DNA from: Ranitomeya imitator
Lineage: Eukaryota
Length of the DNA stretch: 64,000 nt
Assembly: GCF_032444005.1 (NCBI RefSeq)
Contig: NC_091282.1
Span: 778,286,001-778,350,000 of the forward strand
Direction: 5' to 3'
Shown: in pieces, positions 63,171 to 64,000 of the stretch
Numbering within the stretch: position 1 is the stretch's first letter
How the letters are laid out: every line of letters starts with the position of its first letter
Notes under the pieces: model-generated
What the model saw: only the letters and a program-made list of their open reading frames with translations
What the model was told of the DNA's origin: nothing
Database searches by the model: none
Position numbers and translations under genes: made by a program

Positions 63171-63542
63171 GGCTACTTTCACACTAGCGTCGGCCCGACG
63201 TACCGACGCATACTGTGCAAGCGCCGCACAACGGGGGCAGCAGATGCATTTTTCCAGCGCATCCGCTGCCCCATTGTGAGTTGCGGGGAGGTGGGGGCGG
63301 AGTTCCAGCCGCGCATACACGGTCGGGAATGGCGGACAACGCATCAAAAAACGTTACATGTAACGTTTTTTGCTGCCGACGGTCCGCCACAACACGGCGC
63401 AACTGTCACACGACGGTTGCGACGTGTGGCAAAGCGTCGCTAATGTTAGTCAATGGAGAAAAAAACGCATCCTGCAAGCAATTTTGCAGGATGCGTTTTT
63501 TTCTCCTATACGACAGTGCACGACGCAAGTGTGAAAGTAGCC
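63171..63542. mobile_element. PIF/Harbinger MITE (372 bp)
   Basis: TAA|GGCTACTTTCACACT ... AGTGTGAAAGTAGCC|TAA; internal palindromes (TGCAGGATGCGTTTTT). Confidence 0.95.
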
Positions 63543-64000
63543 TAAGTTGGTGAAGTCACCAGACACTGAACAAGCAGGGGATCCTGGGGGATTTCTGCCC
63601 TCCACTCTGTGTCCAGTGGTGCATGTTCTTCGGAGGAGGATTGGTATGAAAAAAATCTCTCATTTCACCATGTAATGAGGTTTCCACATGTCGCCCGTGT
63701 CTTCAGCACCAGTCGCCTAATTCCTCATCCCCGCCATCCCCCGGCAGAGGTCAGTTCCCCTGCAGCCGCTGGGAGAAATCTGCAGGACATTGATCCGCCA
63801 CTTCAATCTCCAAACTGGATTGTTTCACTTACTGGAGCGAAATCGTTGCATTACGAGCGGAACAAAAGCGAGGAGCCGCCTAATGCCGTAATCTCATTGC
63901 AAATCCTTTCGCCCGGTGCCGTCCTTTTAGCCCTGAAATTGCAATCCTCTTTCAGTAATCACAGCGCTAATTGGTGCCGGCAAAGTGGCGTTTGTGAGCG

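Noticed and set aside
58407-64000. Next upstream FOXN3 exon (…WCIDPEYRQNLIQALKK…)
   Set aside because: No matching sequence found; it must lie beyond the window.

Overview
Vertebrate (anuran) genomic DNA; the repeat families resemble those I associate with dendrobatid frogs, but the species call is an inference. The one host gene is FOXN3 (CHES1) on the minus strand. Its last four coding exons are 58342-58406, a 66-nt cassette exon at 30817-30882, 26867-26975 and 25208-25754. All have canonical AG/GT junctions and splice into one frame (787 nt = 1 + 262 codons including the stop). A probable ~4.8-kb 3'UTR ends near AATAAA at 20395-20400. The forkhead-encoding exons lie beyond the right edge. 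The rest is repeat-dense: a nested stack at 1-10.1 kb (Tx1/L1 with ZCCHC3-like ORF1, interrupted by a hAT end, CR1 and MITEs); an intact DD34E Tc1 with long IR/DR TIRs; a decayed Tc1 carrying a hAT insertion; a nearly intact DD36E (Incomer-type) element; several hAT and PIF/Harbinger MITEs; and large minisatellite arrays (37, 45, 57 and 86 bp, plus 30, 41 and 42 bp). The very long ORFs at 32-40 kb are artefacts of a stop-free satellite. I see no clearly new system. The best leads are a possibly satellite-targeting Tx1, a tandem CTCF-motif array, dispersed flank-less minisatellite families with higher-order structure, and a cassette exon toggling a Sin3-interaction-like helix.
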